NCBI GenBank assembly: GCA_036172245.1
Contig: JAYWIR010000011.1
Coordinates: 1,798,001-1,862,000, forward strand
Reading direction: 5' to 3'
Length of the DNA: 64,000 nucleotides
Source of the DNA: Raillietiella orientalis
Lineage: Eukaryota
The notes under the pieces were generated by a model. That model did no database searches. It saw nothing but the letters and a program-made list of their open reading frames with translations, and was not told where the DNA came from. Position 1 is the stretch's first letter. Each line of letters starts with the position of its first letter. Of the stretch, positions 1 to 12,370 are shown in pieces. Position numbers and translations under genes: made by a program.

Positions 1-372
1 CGGATATATCCGTTTCGGTCATGCTGCTGCTCATAAGACGTGCGTTCCACACAACGAACAACCGTGCACGTGCAAATCCATCTGCACGTCAATCCGTGCA
101 GAATGAGCACACGTGTGTTTCTTCCTCACGGTCATTCGGTACTTCGAGTCAGACCACATCCGGCGGACAGCCGAGAGGCACCGTGCGACCTCCGGCACAC
201 AGTCTCCCCTTCCCGCGCATCCTCCGCTCCCTCGGCACTCCAGCGCTTCCGGCATCCGAGGAGCCCCGGAGTGCGGCAACGACCGCCCTCGAGGCGGAGG
301 GCTCACCTTCAGCGGCCCGTCCTCCGCCTGCTCCTCCTTGCCTGCCTTCCCTAAGCACTCAAGAACAGTTCG

Positions 373-1005
373 CCTAGGGGCTCGCGAAGCTCTTTGGAGC
401 TGTCCACGCCACCCGAGGTTGGGTGACCCCGGGAGGGGACCGCCCTGTGAATCCAGGAAGGCTCCGGAAGCACGAGTCCTCTCCTCTTACGCTTGGGAAG
501 GAACCCCGAGGGAAACTCTTCCTTGTTCTCTCCGGAGGGACCCCCGGAGGGACCCCCTGGAGGGGACCGCTCCTTTTTTTCTTCTCCGGAGGGAACCCGC
601 AAGCGAATCGCTCCTTATTTCCTCCTCTGAACTGAACCCCGAAGGGACGCTTCCCAATTTTCTTGGAAGGACGCTCCCCGAAGGCAGCAACGCGCTTCTT
701 CACACTCTGGAGAGGTGCCAAACCACCAGCTCCATGGTGCTCCATCGAGGGTTTCCCCCCGAGGCGGGGAACGACCCATCTTCACAACCTAATGGGAACC
801 TGATCCCTGGAAGGACCCCGCAGGGTCGACTTCCAATCCTGAACAGTCAACGGGGGCATCCGGTTTCCGACTGCTTCCGCCAGTGTCGCACCCGGAACCC
901 GCGGGCCAACCAGTTCCATTTTGCCCACGACGCACCCTTTCCCCGGCTGGGATTCGAAGCCGCGACGCTCGCCGCCATGCGCGGAGACCACGCGGCCGCC
1001 AACAC
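373..1005 (-). mobile_element. tRNA-derived SINE, copy 1 (hairpin-array family)
   Basis: The reverse complement starts TGGCGGCCGCGTGG...GGCTTCGAATCCC (A/B-box-like). The body repeats CCCGAAGGG/CTCCGGAG units. The 3' tail CTCGGGTGGCGTGGACAGC..AAAGAGCTTCGCGAGCCCCTAGG is shared with the other copies. Confidence 0.8.
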
Positions 1006-1510
1006 CTGCCTCCTTTCGCCTTGCCTCTTCAAGATCCACCTCCGATCATTCACGGGGACGGGCGAAGCCCGGCCGGCCGGTGGGAGCGCCTTTCCTTCGC
1101 CCTCGCACAGCAGGCCCGGCTTCGGCCTTCTCTTCGCCCCCGGGATAGTTGGAACGAAAGACGCCCGCCCTTCCACGCTTGGAGGCGGCACTCTCGGTCT
1201 GGGCCACTAGCCCGACACGCTCCTCCGTGCGTCACCTTCTGGCTGCTGGCGCACCTGTCGAGCATGAGGTGACCCGGAGATCCTGCCGCCTCTCCCGCGC
1301 GGGCGATCAATGCCGCCCAGGAGGGCAACGTCCCTGCAGGTGGAGAGTGCGGGCGGGCAAATCCGCAATCTGCAGAAAGAAGGTGCTCTCAGTGGACTAG
1401 GAGATGACCCGGCGGCTCAAGGGTAGGCGCCAACTACGCGCGTGGTCTCCTCTTGATCCGGGCGTTTTCCCACGCTGCCTCGCGCCGTATCGCCCTCTTC
1501 GGCTCCTCGT
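1006..1510 (+). mobile_element. Decayed non-LTR reverse transcriptase fragment (RTE/CR1-like)
   Basis: CLLSPCLFKIHL resembles the RT motif GCxLSPxLFNIY, followed by LLFAPGIV resembling LLFADDIV. Stops and deletions follow. Confidence 0.5.
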
Positions 1511-4448
1511 GGTTTTCTTACTCAAGTGGGCCTCAAAGGGCATTCTCTGTTTGCCAAAGGAAGACATGCATGGCGACCTCTATGACTATTCCATGTGAAC
1601 TCCGAAGGAAGTCCAGTCGCCTAAGACCGCAAACGTAATGCAAATAACTGTGCTGCTGGAAGAGTCATGGCTCTTCTGACTAAGAGGTCCTGCTCGTTGG
1701 TAGTAAACACTCTGAAGAGTACTTGAGAAAGAATAAACGAAAAAAAAAAGTGTGTTCTGGTGCATTTTCTAATGGCAGACTCGTAGATCCCACTGCAGCA
1801 CACCTTGGAAATCATGGGCGGACCTCCGAAGGAACAGGATGACTGGATGCATCTTTGGAAAGTGTTTGGTTCAGTCCGACGCAAGAGGGGAGGAACCGAG
1901 TAGAAAAGCTCTCGATTCCTAAACGATACTAGATGGTGCAATTGGTCTATCCCATCCAGCAGTCTTTTTTTCACCCTCAAAAGTTCAAACCTCACGTGCG
2001 ACCTTTTTGACGAGAGCATTTATTCACTTTTCTTGAAGCAAGTCCTGCGTAAATGATTCCTGATGCCAGGTTTTGTTCGACCTCAGTCGGTTTACGGTTC
2101 AGGGACTGATCGAAGAGGACATTTCCTACGGCGAACACCACCATGGTTGTGTGTTTCCCGCAAACCTTCTTGGAACGACCATTGCGAAGGGCGAAAGCAC
2201 ATCGTGGAGGTTGTCCGAAGGTCATCATCTTTGGATGCAAAGCAGTACCTAAATTCAAGTAGGAAAGCACCTGTCTACCTTCATATTTTCCGAACACAGA
2301 TGCTGGGATTTGGACTGGAGATGGTCACGGTGAAATCACTGGTTTCACTGTTGCCAACCACCGAAGAAACAAACCTCTGAAGATGTCGTGATGGTTTCAA
2401 ATGCAAGACAAAATGTTTACACGAAATTCACAAATGGGGAGTTTTCCTTAGGGTAAGTCAAGAGATTCTAGAGAAGATTCTCGAAAGGGCAGCTCTGTTC
2501 GTGTAGACAAGTAGCCGTTTCTTGGAAGGACTGCTGCTGAACATTAGGTTCCTTTTCGTGATCCGATGAAGATCACATCAGCTTTGGTCATTTTTCCGGT
2601 TACCCCTTCTCTTTGCTCCAGTGAATCGGCCAGCAAAAGGAACTCCCGCTCCCCTATTCTTGCAACATTTCGGCTCTCATGTGTTCTGGATCGAACATCT
2701 TTATTCTGCGCAGAAAGTTTCGAAGCGGGAGGTCTTCTCTGTGAAGCCTTTGCGGCACAAGTCGAATCGTTCCTGCACGCGGCAGGATTCGTAAAATCCC
2801 AGAAGGGAAGGATGGGTTTCCTCAGCAGAGACCATTTCCGTCTGCAAAACAGAGAGATTTTCTCCACCTGGAAGCAGGGCTGTCGGAAAAGGAAGAGTAA
2901 CGCTTGGCTCCAGCTGCGGTGCCTATTGATGACTGGGGGAGACTCCAATGAGAATGGTTCCGTTACGAGCTATGACGTCATCATGGAACGAGAATGTACT
3001 TGTGCGTTTGCTCGTGCTCTGGAAATCTTGCTTGCAGCTATGCAAAGGGGCTGAGAGTCTGGTTTACTCATGCTTTCCATCATCTTCTTTTTGGGAATGG
3101 TCAAGAGATCGATCCTGGACGAAGTTCAGAAGATGGTGAAGATCGCGTACCCATATTATGACGTATCCTTTCTTCTTTCTTTTTGTGTGTTCTGTCAATG
3201 GAATCTGTTCTTATCAGCTCCATATCTGATACCTCACCCATCTGATGGCCAGCATACGAAACCACTTTTCGGAAGCAGACGGGTTGCTTGGAGCCTGCTC
3301 CTCTCCCTTCGAGGGTTGACCAGGTATTCCAGTGCCTCCAGGATCCGCTCATCGCTCCCACGGCAGGACCGCCAGAAAAACGCAAGATCCTGCTGCTGCG
3401 CATGCATGGTGGGTGAGAGCCTGGCGGTGTTCCCACCCACATCCACGGAAACCCTTTCCATTCCTTCCGTTTTGTAAAAAGCCTCATGCTCATCAGCAAA
3501 GAGATGCCAAGTGGGTTGCCATGGGGGACACGCTCCGATACGGAGCCACGCACGAGCTCATTGGACAGCAGCAGAGGCATCACGATGCAAACTTGGGTGA
3601 GGATGTGAGTCAAGAGGCCACCTATCGGGGTGGCCCAAACTCAAAGGTGGAGGATTCGTGTGAAGAAAGCACCACGTTAGTTAGTGCACGCTGCATGTTG
3701 ACGTGTTTGATCAATTTCTGATGATCCCTGTGGAACACGTTTTTGCTAGGCTTCCGCCGACGCTTGCCATGTTATGGAATCAACATTCTACACATTCATA
3801 GAATTTATAGATCAAAGCACATCCACATCACTCTTGAGACCTGAGATTGTAAATCTTCTATGACATGCCGGGAGCAACACAAACAAAATTAATTATGTAA
3901 TAATTAGTTAGAATGTATTTGCAGCATGAGATGATCCGATCAAGTCCCTGGAGATCGTTTGCCCCAGATGCAACGCATGGGGCAAAAAAAACAAAAAAAA
4001 AACGAAGAGAGTTAGCAAAGATTCAAGCTACAGAGTTGAAGAAATCTGAAATACGTGACTGGCAGTCCGGCGGCTGATGCACCGAAGGGGCTCAGAAAGA
4101 AACAAAGGTGCGGCTGCGATGGGAACAAGAGGGTTTAATGAGAAGACACCACAACACTGCGAGGATGAAAGTGATGATTCTTCAAAAGAGGGAAAGCACG
4201 GACGTGCCGTCCTCGATGAACTGCAGCATCCGACCATTTGGAACCGGTGCGAGGGAAACTCGCTCAGCTACGAGATGACATGACCTTTTTTTTTTTTTTC
4301 TTTTGCCGCTCCAGGTTTGCATGAACGGGAGCTCCGGAAAACGGTCCTGGCACTCTAGCCAAAACTCCACGTAGGTCTTCAGTAGCCTGCATCCACGAGC
4401 AGGAAACCAAGGCAGAATCTCGAGTGGGAGCTCCGAAGGTCTGCCTAC

Positions 4449-5295
4449 GACCGGAATCGGTAGCCGTGTGGCTGAGGTCTTCGCGCGTGGAACCAAGCGT
4501 TGCGGGCTCGAGTCCCGCTGGGGGAAGGACCGGCATAGAGGAATGGGGGATGCGTCATGGGTTCGAATTCCCCTCGCAGGATGACACCGGTTGACCTGTA
4601 GGCTGCGGGTGCGGCATTGGTGAGGTCAGAAACCCCCGGATGCCACCCGAGGATTGGCTGGGATTGGAAGTTGACCTCCGGAGTTCTTCCAGAAATCGAG
4701 GAGCCGGTATTTTTCGTGGTTTCCCTCCGGTTGTGCAGATGGAGCTGTCGGGGGGATGACGACTCCCCCCTCGGGGGAGCACCTTCCATCGCTCACCATG
4801 GAGCTGGTTGATATCCCCCTCGCGGGGTCGCCTCTCCAGAGTGCAAGAAGCGCGCTGCTCCCTTCAGGGAGCGACTCTCGAGAGAAACGCGGAAGCGTCC
4901 CTTCGGGGTGGTTCTCTTCAGAGGAGGAAACAGGGAATGGTTCCCTTGCGGGTTTCCTCCGCAAGGGAACAGATTCCAGGTTCCAGAACAGATTCCATCA
5001 GAAGAGATTCCAGGAGCGCGGATCCTTTCCGGGTTGTTTTCGAAGCAGAGACGAGAAGAAACCCCCTCCGGGGGTCCCTCCGGAGAAAACAAGGAATAAT
5101 TTCCTTTCGGTATTCTCTTCGGAGACAACTAGATCTAGAATTTCCTTCGGGATTTCCTCGGAAGCGTAAGAGGAACGAACTGCCTCCTCCGGGGGCCCTT
5201 CCAGGATTCATGAGATGGTCCCTACAGGGTTAGCATTGAAGAGTTACACGACTCTCGGGTGGCGTGTACAGCGTCAGAGAGCTTCGCGAGGGAAC
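4449..5295 (+). mobile_element. tRNA-derived SINE, copy 2 (longest intact copy; left arm of inverted pair)
   Basis: Head TAGCCGTGTGGCTGAGG...GGGCTCGAGTCCC, second B-box GGGTTCGAATTCCC at 4559-4572, ~10 tandem hairpin units at 4765-5200, the family 3' tail, then an A-rich stretch. Confidence 0.85.
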
Positions 5296-8179
5296 TTCAA
5301 AACCCGAAAAAAAGAAAAAAGCTGTAATGTGGGGGTGCCCTCTGCGTCATCTCCCGCTGCAACCCACAGCAAAGCGGCCCTCACGCATCGTTAACCCGAG
5401 CAGCGAATCTCATCGGAAACCGAGACGGATGCTGCCTCGTCTCGCCGACACCCACTTTCAGTGTCGAGTTTTTGAGGTCCGGGTGAAATCCGTTGCCGCG
5501 GATGCACGTGGCCCTCAGGGGTGAGTGACATCCCGGTGGGCGAGCGCCGAGAACCACACGATCGCACGCGCACGCACACCTACGCGGGTTCCACGGAAGC
5601 GAAGAAGCTGCGGATTTGCTTTCTCGGGAACTTTCCTCCTTTATTGCGCTTCTATTGTTGGATGTTTATTCTTGCTATTCAGGGCATCCCTCAAAGTTTC
5701 CTCATTAAAACTTATCCTTGTGCGTGCTCCTCCGGCATCGCTGAAAGGGCAGCCATTACCTGAGCGCACGCATCCGCTGCTTTGTATCCTTTGAGAAAAT
5801 TTATTCTTGCGCGGGGCGGAAGAGGCGGGGAGTTTTTCTTACTCGAGGCGAGGAAGATGGACTCGGCTCTTGATGAACCTCTGGCTGCAAGTCGAACTTT
5901 GTTTCCTGGACTCGAAGACGTTTCTTCACGTCCCTCTTGCATGGACAATCAGAGTGAATCTGATAGGCGGATCGTGGATGGGGGTTGAGGCGAGGAGGTT
6001 TCGCGGGCGCGCCCGGGGCTCCCGCTCGACAAAGTTCATTTGCTCTTGATGACCCAAGGCACCATCCAGCTCCTAATGACCGAGAACTCCTTCGTGACTC
6101 TCCAGTAGATTCGCCCACCCACGATGAACTTACGGCTCCTGCATGTCTGCTGCTACTTACACACCCACTCAGATTTTCCAAGCAGTCCACCATGCAGTCA
6201 GTCATTGCTGTTTTGGCAAAGAGCTGATTTTCAATGCAATCTCTGTGCACGCTGTAATTGCAACGAAAAAAAAGATGGGTGCACGTGCGAGGAGGACTTC
6301 CCAACGTCTTCTTCGGCACTGCTCCTCCCTTCGGCCGACGAATTTCGGAGTTTCTTCGGCTATCCGTCAAGTCTTCCCAGAACACATCCCGGGAACACTA
6401 CGTGTTCCATCGCACCATCTCTTTTCTGCTCTTCTCCTCGTACTTGGAAATTTTCCTTTCGCTCAACACTTGATGGCTTCTTGGATTCTCAAGACCCCTA
6501 GTTCTAACAGCCAACAGACACTAACAGACACTCTCCTTGATTTGTGCCCTCTGCTGAACACCTTTGCTCTTTTTCCGTCCTTCCCCTTCTTGAGATGTGG
6601 CTTTGGGAATCACCTTCAGATCAGCCCTTCCCTTCTCTCGTGCAAGTGGCAAAGACTCAGAGCACCTCTCCATCCACCAAAAATGCCGATCTCAAAGCCC
6701 TGCCTTGGAGCTGAGGTTTCAGTAGGATGGGATGAGGCTGACCTCTGAGGAACGAGGCACAGCATCCAAGACCGGAAGCCTGCTGTAGCTGAACCACGGA
6801 GAACAGGAACAGCAGAGCCACTCCCATCAAGGGCGTTTAAACGCCTCCCAGTTCCATTCAGAACTTGAGCGGCTCGCGTGGTGAGCGCGAGACTCCCTGC
6901 GCCGTTTCTCATGTGGACACTCGGAAATCCCTCGAGGTTTTTTGGTGGACTGGGGACACTTCCGTCACCGGCCACCGCTGCAAAAAAAGTAAAACATGAG
7001 GGCGCAACGCCGGACCAAATCGTGCCACGCTCTCTCGTCGGGAAAAAATCCGGCAGCGTGCAGCTCTCCTGACGCTGCCGATGCACCCCTGGGGGCGAGC
7101 GACGTCCTGCACGATCACTCTGCCTTCACTTTGAAGACTCTTTCTTCCCTCTCTTTTAAGCATAATCTCTGCTCCGCGTGCGCTCTCCGGATACCGAAGA
7201 CGGTGCAGCTTTCAGAGGCTCTGCGAGATCCAGTCAGCGCATCTTGGAGAGCCTCACTGGGCTCCTCGACCAGATTGCTCGGTGAACAGCGTCGCTACAT
7301 GACCTTGGGGTGCGGGGTGCGTGGCCTCATCCTGAGAGAAGCTGAGGAGGGGCCACCGTATTTCTGAAAAGCTCCGTGCTTTCTAGAGACCCTTCGGCTT
7401 GGAAGTCCGTTTGATCGAGACTGACCCCCCTTCGTCCTGAACTCGCATCGAGGAGCTGATGGTTTCGCTCCGGTTTTACCCGCGGATTCGCCCAGCGACC
7501 TTGATGCTACCTCCGGCAGCCTCCGACTGCGACTCGATCATCAGTCAGAGCGCATTCTTGGAGAGTGGAGCAGACAAGAACAGGAGAGGTTCCACATTTC
7601 GTGGCTTGATGAAACGCTGGTTGACGTGGTCCCGGCCCCAAGAATCCTGCCAGGTTCCGCTTTTCGTTTGCTTTTTAGAAGATTCGAAAGAAGGAAAAAA
7701 AAGCAAATTTTTTCCTGGATGTTTAGCGCCTGATCGATTTTCAAAAGGTTCTTGTCGGCTCCGCGCATCTTCAGCGAAAAGTCCTACACTTTCTGGTAAA
7801 GATAGGAGGCCAACGAGCTGCCGTGACCATCACCATTCGTTTATTCGTGAGGAAAACAGCAAATGAAATGGGGGATACCTCGGCCAGTCTCCCCCGAGAA
7901 AAGAAGCGAAAGAAGAAGAGGTGGTGACTACAAACGTCGCAAACTTCACTCAGCAGCAAGGTCAGTAGTAACGATTCTTCCTCTTCTTGGCACAAGCAGA
8001 TGTCAGCCGCAGACATCGTCGTAACATCCGTTTCCGGATCCCGTAGGCAGGATGGTGGAGAAATTCTTCTGAGTTCTTGTTTTCTCTACTTCCCTGTCTT
8101 TTTCTTTTTTCAGGTTTTCTTCTTTTTGGCTCTCCAAGTGATGAAGAGCCGTTCACTCTCTTCCTTAGAGGGGGACACA

Positions 8180-9012
8180 TGAAGCTCTTTGCTGGTGTCC
8201 TTGCTATCCGAGGGTAGTGTAACTCTTCAACACTATAGGACCCTATAGGGACCACCCCATGAATCCTGGAAGGGCCCCCGGAGGAGGCAGTTCGTTCCTC
8301 TTACGCTTCCGAGGAAATCCCGAAGGAAATTCTAGATCTAGTTGTCTCCGAAGAGAATACCGAAAGGAAATTATTCCTTGTTTTCTCCGGAGGGACCCCC
8401 GGAGGGGGTTTCTTCTCGTCTCTGCTTCGAAAACAACCCGGAAAGGATCCGCGCTCCTGGAATCTCTTCTGTTGGAATCTGTTCTGGAACCTGGAATCTG
8501 TTCCCTTGCGGAGGAAACCCGCAAGGGAACCATTCCCTGTTTCCTCCTCTGAAGAGAACCACCCCGAAGGGACGCTTCCGCGTTTCTCTCGAGAGTCGCT
8601 CCCTGAAGGGAGCAGCGCGCTTCTTGCACTCTGGAGAGGCGACCCCGCGAGGGGGATATCAACCAGCTCCATGGTGAGCGATGGAAGGTGCTCCCCCGAG
8701 GGGGGAGTCGTCATCCCCCCGACAGCTCCATCTGCACAACCGGAGGGAAACCACGAAAAATACCGGCTCCTCGATTTCTGGAAGAACTCCGGAGGTCAAC
8801 TTCCAATCCCAGCCAATCCTCGGGTGGCATCCGGGGGTTTCTGACCTCACCAATGCCGCACCCGCAGCCTACAGGTCAACCGGTGTCATCCTGCGAGGGG
8901 AATTCGAACTCATGACGCATCCCCCATTTCTCTGTGCCGGTCCTTCCCCCAGCGGGATTCGAGCCCGCAACGCTTGGTTCCACGCGCGAAGACAGCCACA
9001 CGGCTGCAGACG
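8180..9012 (-). mobile_element. tRNA-derived SINE, copy 3 (right arm of inverted pair)
   Basis: Reverse complement of copy 2, with position x matching 13470-x. Mirror ORF translations are identical except at one codon in the core. Confidence 0.85.
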
Positions 9013-9989
9013 CTGACTACAGTCAACCTCCACATAACAGTGCCAACCCAATCGTTTGTAGGTTCGAGCATCCTTCAAGATGCTTCTTCTTCTTATCAGT
9101 AGCCACTCATAGCGCGTTCGGGTCTTGCACGACGAAATGCAACCATGATCTGCATGGAGTTTGCGGCCTTAGTTTGGATGCTGCCACTAGTGACGTTGCC
9201 ACTAGCAGCAGCATCCAAGTCCGCGTGTGCCATTGGAATGTTCCTTCTTTTAGAGGCGCATCAAATGAGGCCAGATCAGAAAATTCAGTCCGAGATTCCG
9301 GCAGCGCAGTCAGCGTTTCTTTGCCCGGGAAAAAAAGAAGGAAACGTTACGAGTCTAAGAGGACTGCAGAAGACACGACCGGAAACGAACACCTTCCATT
9401 GAGAGTGCCCGTTTTCGATCCTCTTCGGACCGCACCGGAAAATTCGGGAGTCGTTCCGTTTGCTGGTTTGCAAATTCCGCTAGCAAGCAGCTCTCCACAG
9501 AATGATGATGAGGAAAAAGATGAAAGAGATGGTTGGTCCTATGAGGAGGAGGATGCCGAAATCTTCGAGCAAGCTCTCCTCGAAGGGAGGAAGCACCTTA
9601 AGGCCTGGAACATCTTTGACTTCATTCTTCTGAATCGATGATTGCCAGTGACCTGTTTCACCGGGACGCAAGTGCGGCCTACGAGCGCTCTGCTGCCCAT
9701 GGAACGCAGGCATTGAACGCCTTCCCTCCTGCGAGTTCCCTTCCGAGTCCATAAGGTGGAGCGGCGCAAAGCGGACGACGTGACTCCCGCAGCGAGGAAA
9801 GCACACGAGTTGTCAACCGCGAGCAGCCGCGAAGAGAACACCTGAGAGTGCCGCGGTCGCACCGGCCCCCCGTCATTGGAGGCCGAAAGTTGCGTAGCTC
9901 GCAGGACCAAGCACAAACCTCTGAAGCCCCATCTCGTTGCCGTTCCTCCTCGCACTCTGTAGACGTGGAGGCGCGCCAAAGACGAACGA

Positions 9990-10560
9990 TGACTTGCAGA
10001 TTTTGATAGGATTCTTGAAGCCGGAGTGCCTTTTCTTCGCCCCCTCTTTTCGGGAGTTGGCGTCGACATGCGACGCGTCGGATGACGAACATCGCAGCGG
10101 CCCTGTTTATTCTTGCTTGGAAAGTTCCCTCCCGAAACGCCAGCCCAGGAAGCACGCCAGCTCTCTTCTGGTTGAAGTGGTTGCTCCAGCACGCGGAACG
10201 AAGATCAACCTAGGATGCCACTTTGCCTCGCATCCTCGCACTTTTTCCCTTCCGGCGAGAAGTGGGCGTCTTCCGGACTCCAGTCGTTGTTCACTGTTTT
10301 CGGCCACTCTCCCCGGTTCTTCCGCTATTGCCGCGCACCGCTGTCCTCCCTCTCCCGTTTTCCTGCAGGGCTACATGCAGTCTGAAGAAGATGGCCCTGC
10401 CCGGGACCGAAAAGGTGGACCGAGCTTTTCCGAATAACCCCTGGAAGATTTCGAGATCTAGCACTTCCCGATCGGCGTGGTCCATTCCTTTGGAAGCCTC
10501 GCCAGCACCACGCCGCCATCTTGCTGGGGCACTGCAGCCAGGGGGAGTCATTGTCACAGC
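9990..10560 (+). mobile_element. Possible Tc1/maT (DD37D-like) transposase relic
   Basis: Degenerate motifs in the expected order: KHASSLLV (KHPASVMV), GTKIN (GVKIN), RPLSPVLPL (PPxSPDLNPL), FLQGYMQS (FLWGYMKS). Spread across frames and heavily deleted. Confidence 0.3.
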
Positions 10561-10904
10561 CCCATCGGCTCGACTGTAACATCAGGTGGAAGGGAGGGCA
10601 AGTCGGCGTAAGACGAGATCGGCAAGGATTCTCGAAGAACCGTAACACCAGGACAACAGGACCGACCTATCCAGTCGGCATTCCTAGAAGGTCCCCGAAA
10701 TGGGAGCGCAGCCGCTTACAGAAAAGAATTCGCAAGCTGCTGAATGCTTTCGCGTATCCAAGCAGCGATGAACCAGGGCGATGCCATGTTGGTCAGAGGG
10801 GAAGGGGAGGGGGGGGGGGGGGGTTCTTCCACGTTCGCACGCAGCCGTGACGACGGACTTGGTAGCGACCTTGCGCTTCCCGTGGTCGGACTACCTTCAA
10901 GAGG

Positions 10905-12370
10905 CTTTTCACCCGGTTGCGCCGGGGCGTTTATTTTCATTAAAAAATAAAACTACATGAAAACCAAGAACGTCGTTCCCTGTGAATCGAAGAAAAAAAG
11001 AATAAACAAAAAGAAGTTCATCAGGAGATGACTCACCGATTCGCAGGACGTTGAAGAAATCGTCTGCAACATTGAGGGGGTGGGGGGATGAACAAATGAA
11101 CAAATCTTTGGTGGGTGAGGAAGGGGACACCGGGATTGCTACCCATCTTCTAAATCGTTCGTGAGATGTTGCTGATCTCCCTGCTGACTTCCTGTTTTAG
11201 ATGAGGTCACCTGTTTGCTTTCTTCAGAAAGTCCACAGCGATGCAGGCAGCCTCTCTTTCTCCCTGAGGCAACTCCAGCGAGTGGCGTTGAGGACGCCGC
11301 GGATGCAACACAAAGTCGCGATCACGGCGGCAGCTGACAGCTCGTCTCGGATGAAGAAGCGGCGCAGCAGATCATCAGGCGCACCATCCGGATGGGGAAG
11401 TGCCGGTGCTAGCCTCTTGCACAGTGGACAGATGACTCCACAGTTCATCAGCAGGTGGAGGAGCGATTCGATCTCCCCGCACCTGGCAAACTCCGCAGAC
11501 GCACTCCCACTCGTCACATGGGTGCATGCGCTCGCTGCAGGGAAGACTCCCATGCAAGAACAGCACCACGACATATTGCCACCGGAGAGGGAGGACGGAA
11601 GAATCTGAACACGGGGGGAAGGGGGGGGAGACAGAGTTCTTCCGAGAGCACACTCAAACTTTCGGCCCACCGGCAAAGTCCCTTCGCCTGGAAACGGCGC
11701 TCGCTCCACGAAAGCAGTCGCCTAGGAGTTTTCCCACTCCATCAATGTTGCAGAACTCCCACCTAGCCGGTAGGCAACTGTCATGACTTTCCCATAGGGA
11801 AGACAGCGCTGCTGCCAAAGGTGTGGAGGATGCTCGAGCCTACTTCGTAGGTTCGTCGACGAATCTCTGCAGGGGCATCCTGCCGAGCCGATGAACCGGA
11901 ACGAGATCTTCAACTCTGGTGCTAGTGGATCAACACCACGTGCCTACAGATTCTTGCCGCCAAGCATTCAGGTTCAAAGGGCTGCAGGAGATTCACTCGT
12001 TCAGTTCCAGCCGGGAGACAAACTGTCTCAAAGGAAACCATAAGAGGTTCGTCCATTTCCAGTTGCAAAAAAAACAGGGATGCCAGTCCTCGCAACCGGA
12101 TGCCCGCCGCAAAATGTGGGGAGCGAGTAGACACCACTGCTGGTTCCATGCGCTCTTCATCAGGGCGTCTTCGAAAAAGGAGCTGCAGAACCAGCCTTTC
12201 CAGGATGAGGCTGCCAAGTCCGGCATCCCTCCGAGGTCTAACAATGTCCTTGAAGCGGACGCGGGGCCACAACGAGCCCCAGAGGGTCTTCAAGAGGCTG
12301 AGATGGCCATCGGCCCCTTCTTCGACGGGAAGTTCGTCTCGCCACAACGGGCTGACATTTCGCATGCTTC
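10905..12370 (-). mobile_element. Tx1/L1-clade LINE, 3' part of ORF2 plus 3' UTR
   Basis: Thumb motif LWGSLWPRVRFKDIVRPRRDAGLG, zf-RVT-like RCGEIESLLHLLMNC, C-terminal LRRFFIRDELSAAAVIATLCCIRG, and terminus AATAAACGCCCCGGCGCAACCGGGTGAAAA. Confidence 0.75.

Noticed and set aside
113..1210. Long GC-rich ORFs (113-1210, 12100-13095, 27880-28851 and similar)
   Set aside because: They read through SINE/LINE junctions, are R/P/S/G-biased and lack a coherent domain, so they are incidental.
4455..4525. Functional tRNA genes at the SINE heads
   Set aside because: I could not fold a canonical cloverleaf, there is no nearby T-run terminator, and each head is attached to the same repeat body.
4765..5200. 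CRISPR-array interpretation of the ~42-nt periodic units
   Set aside because: The context is eukaryotic with no cas genes, and the units are degenerate and embedded in a dispersed tRNA-headed repeat rather than identical repeats with unique spacers.
4449..9012. Composite transposon with SINE arms acting as TIRs
   Set aside because: No target-site duplication is evident outside the arms, and the outer ends are less similar than the core.
9110..9240. PHD-like Cys/His pattern (CTTKCNHDLHGVC)
   Set aside because: The ligand set is incomplete and there is no gene structure; it may be a TE ORF relic but I cannot support that.
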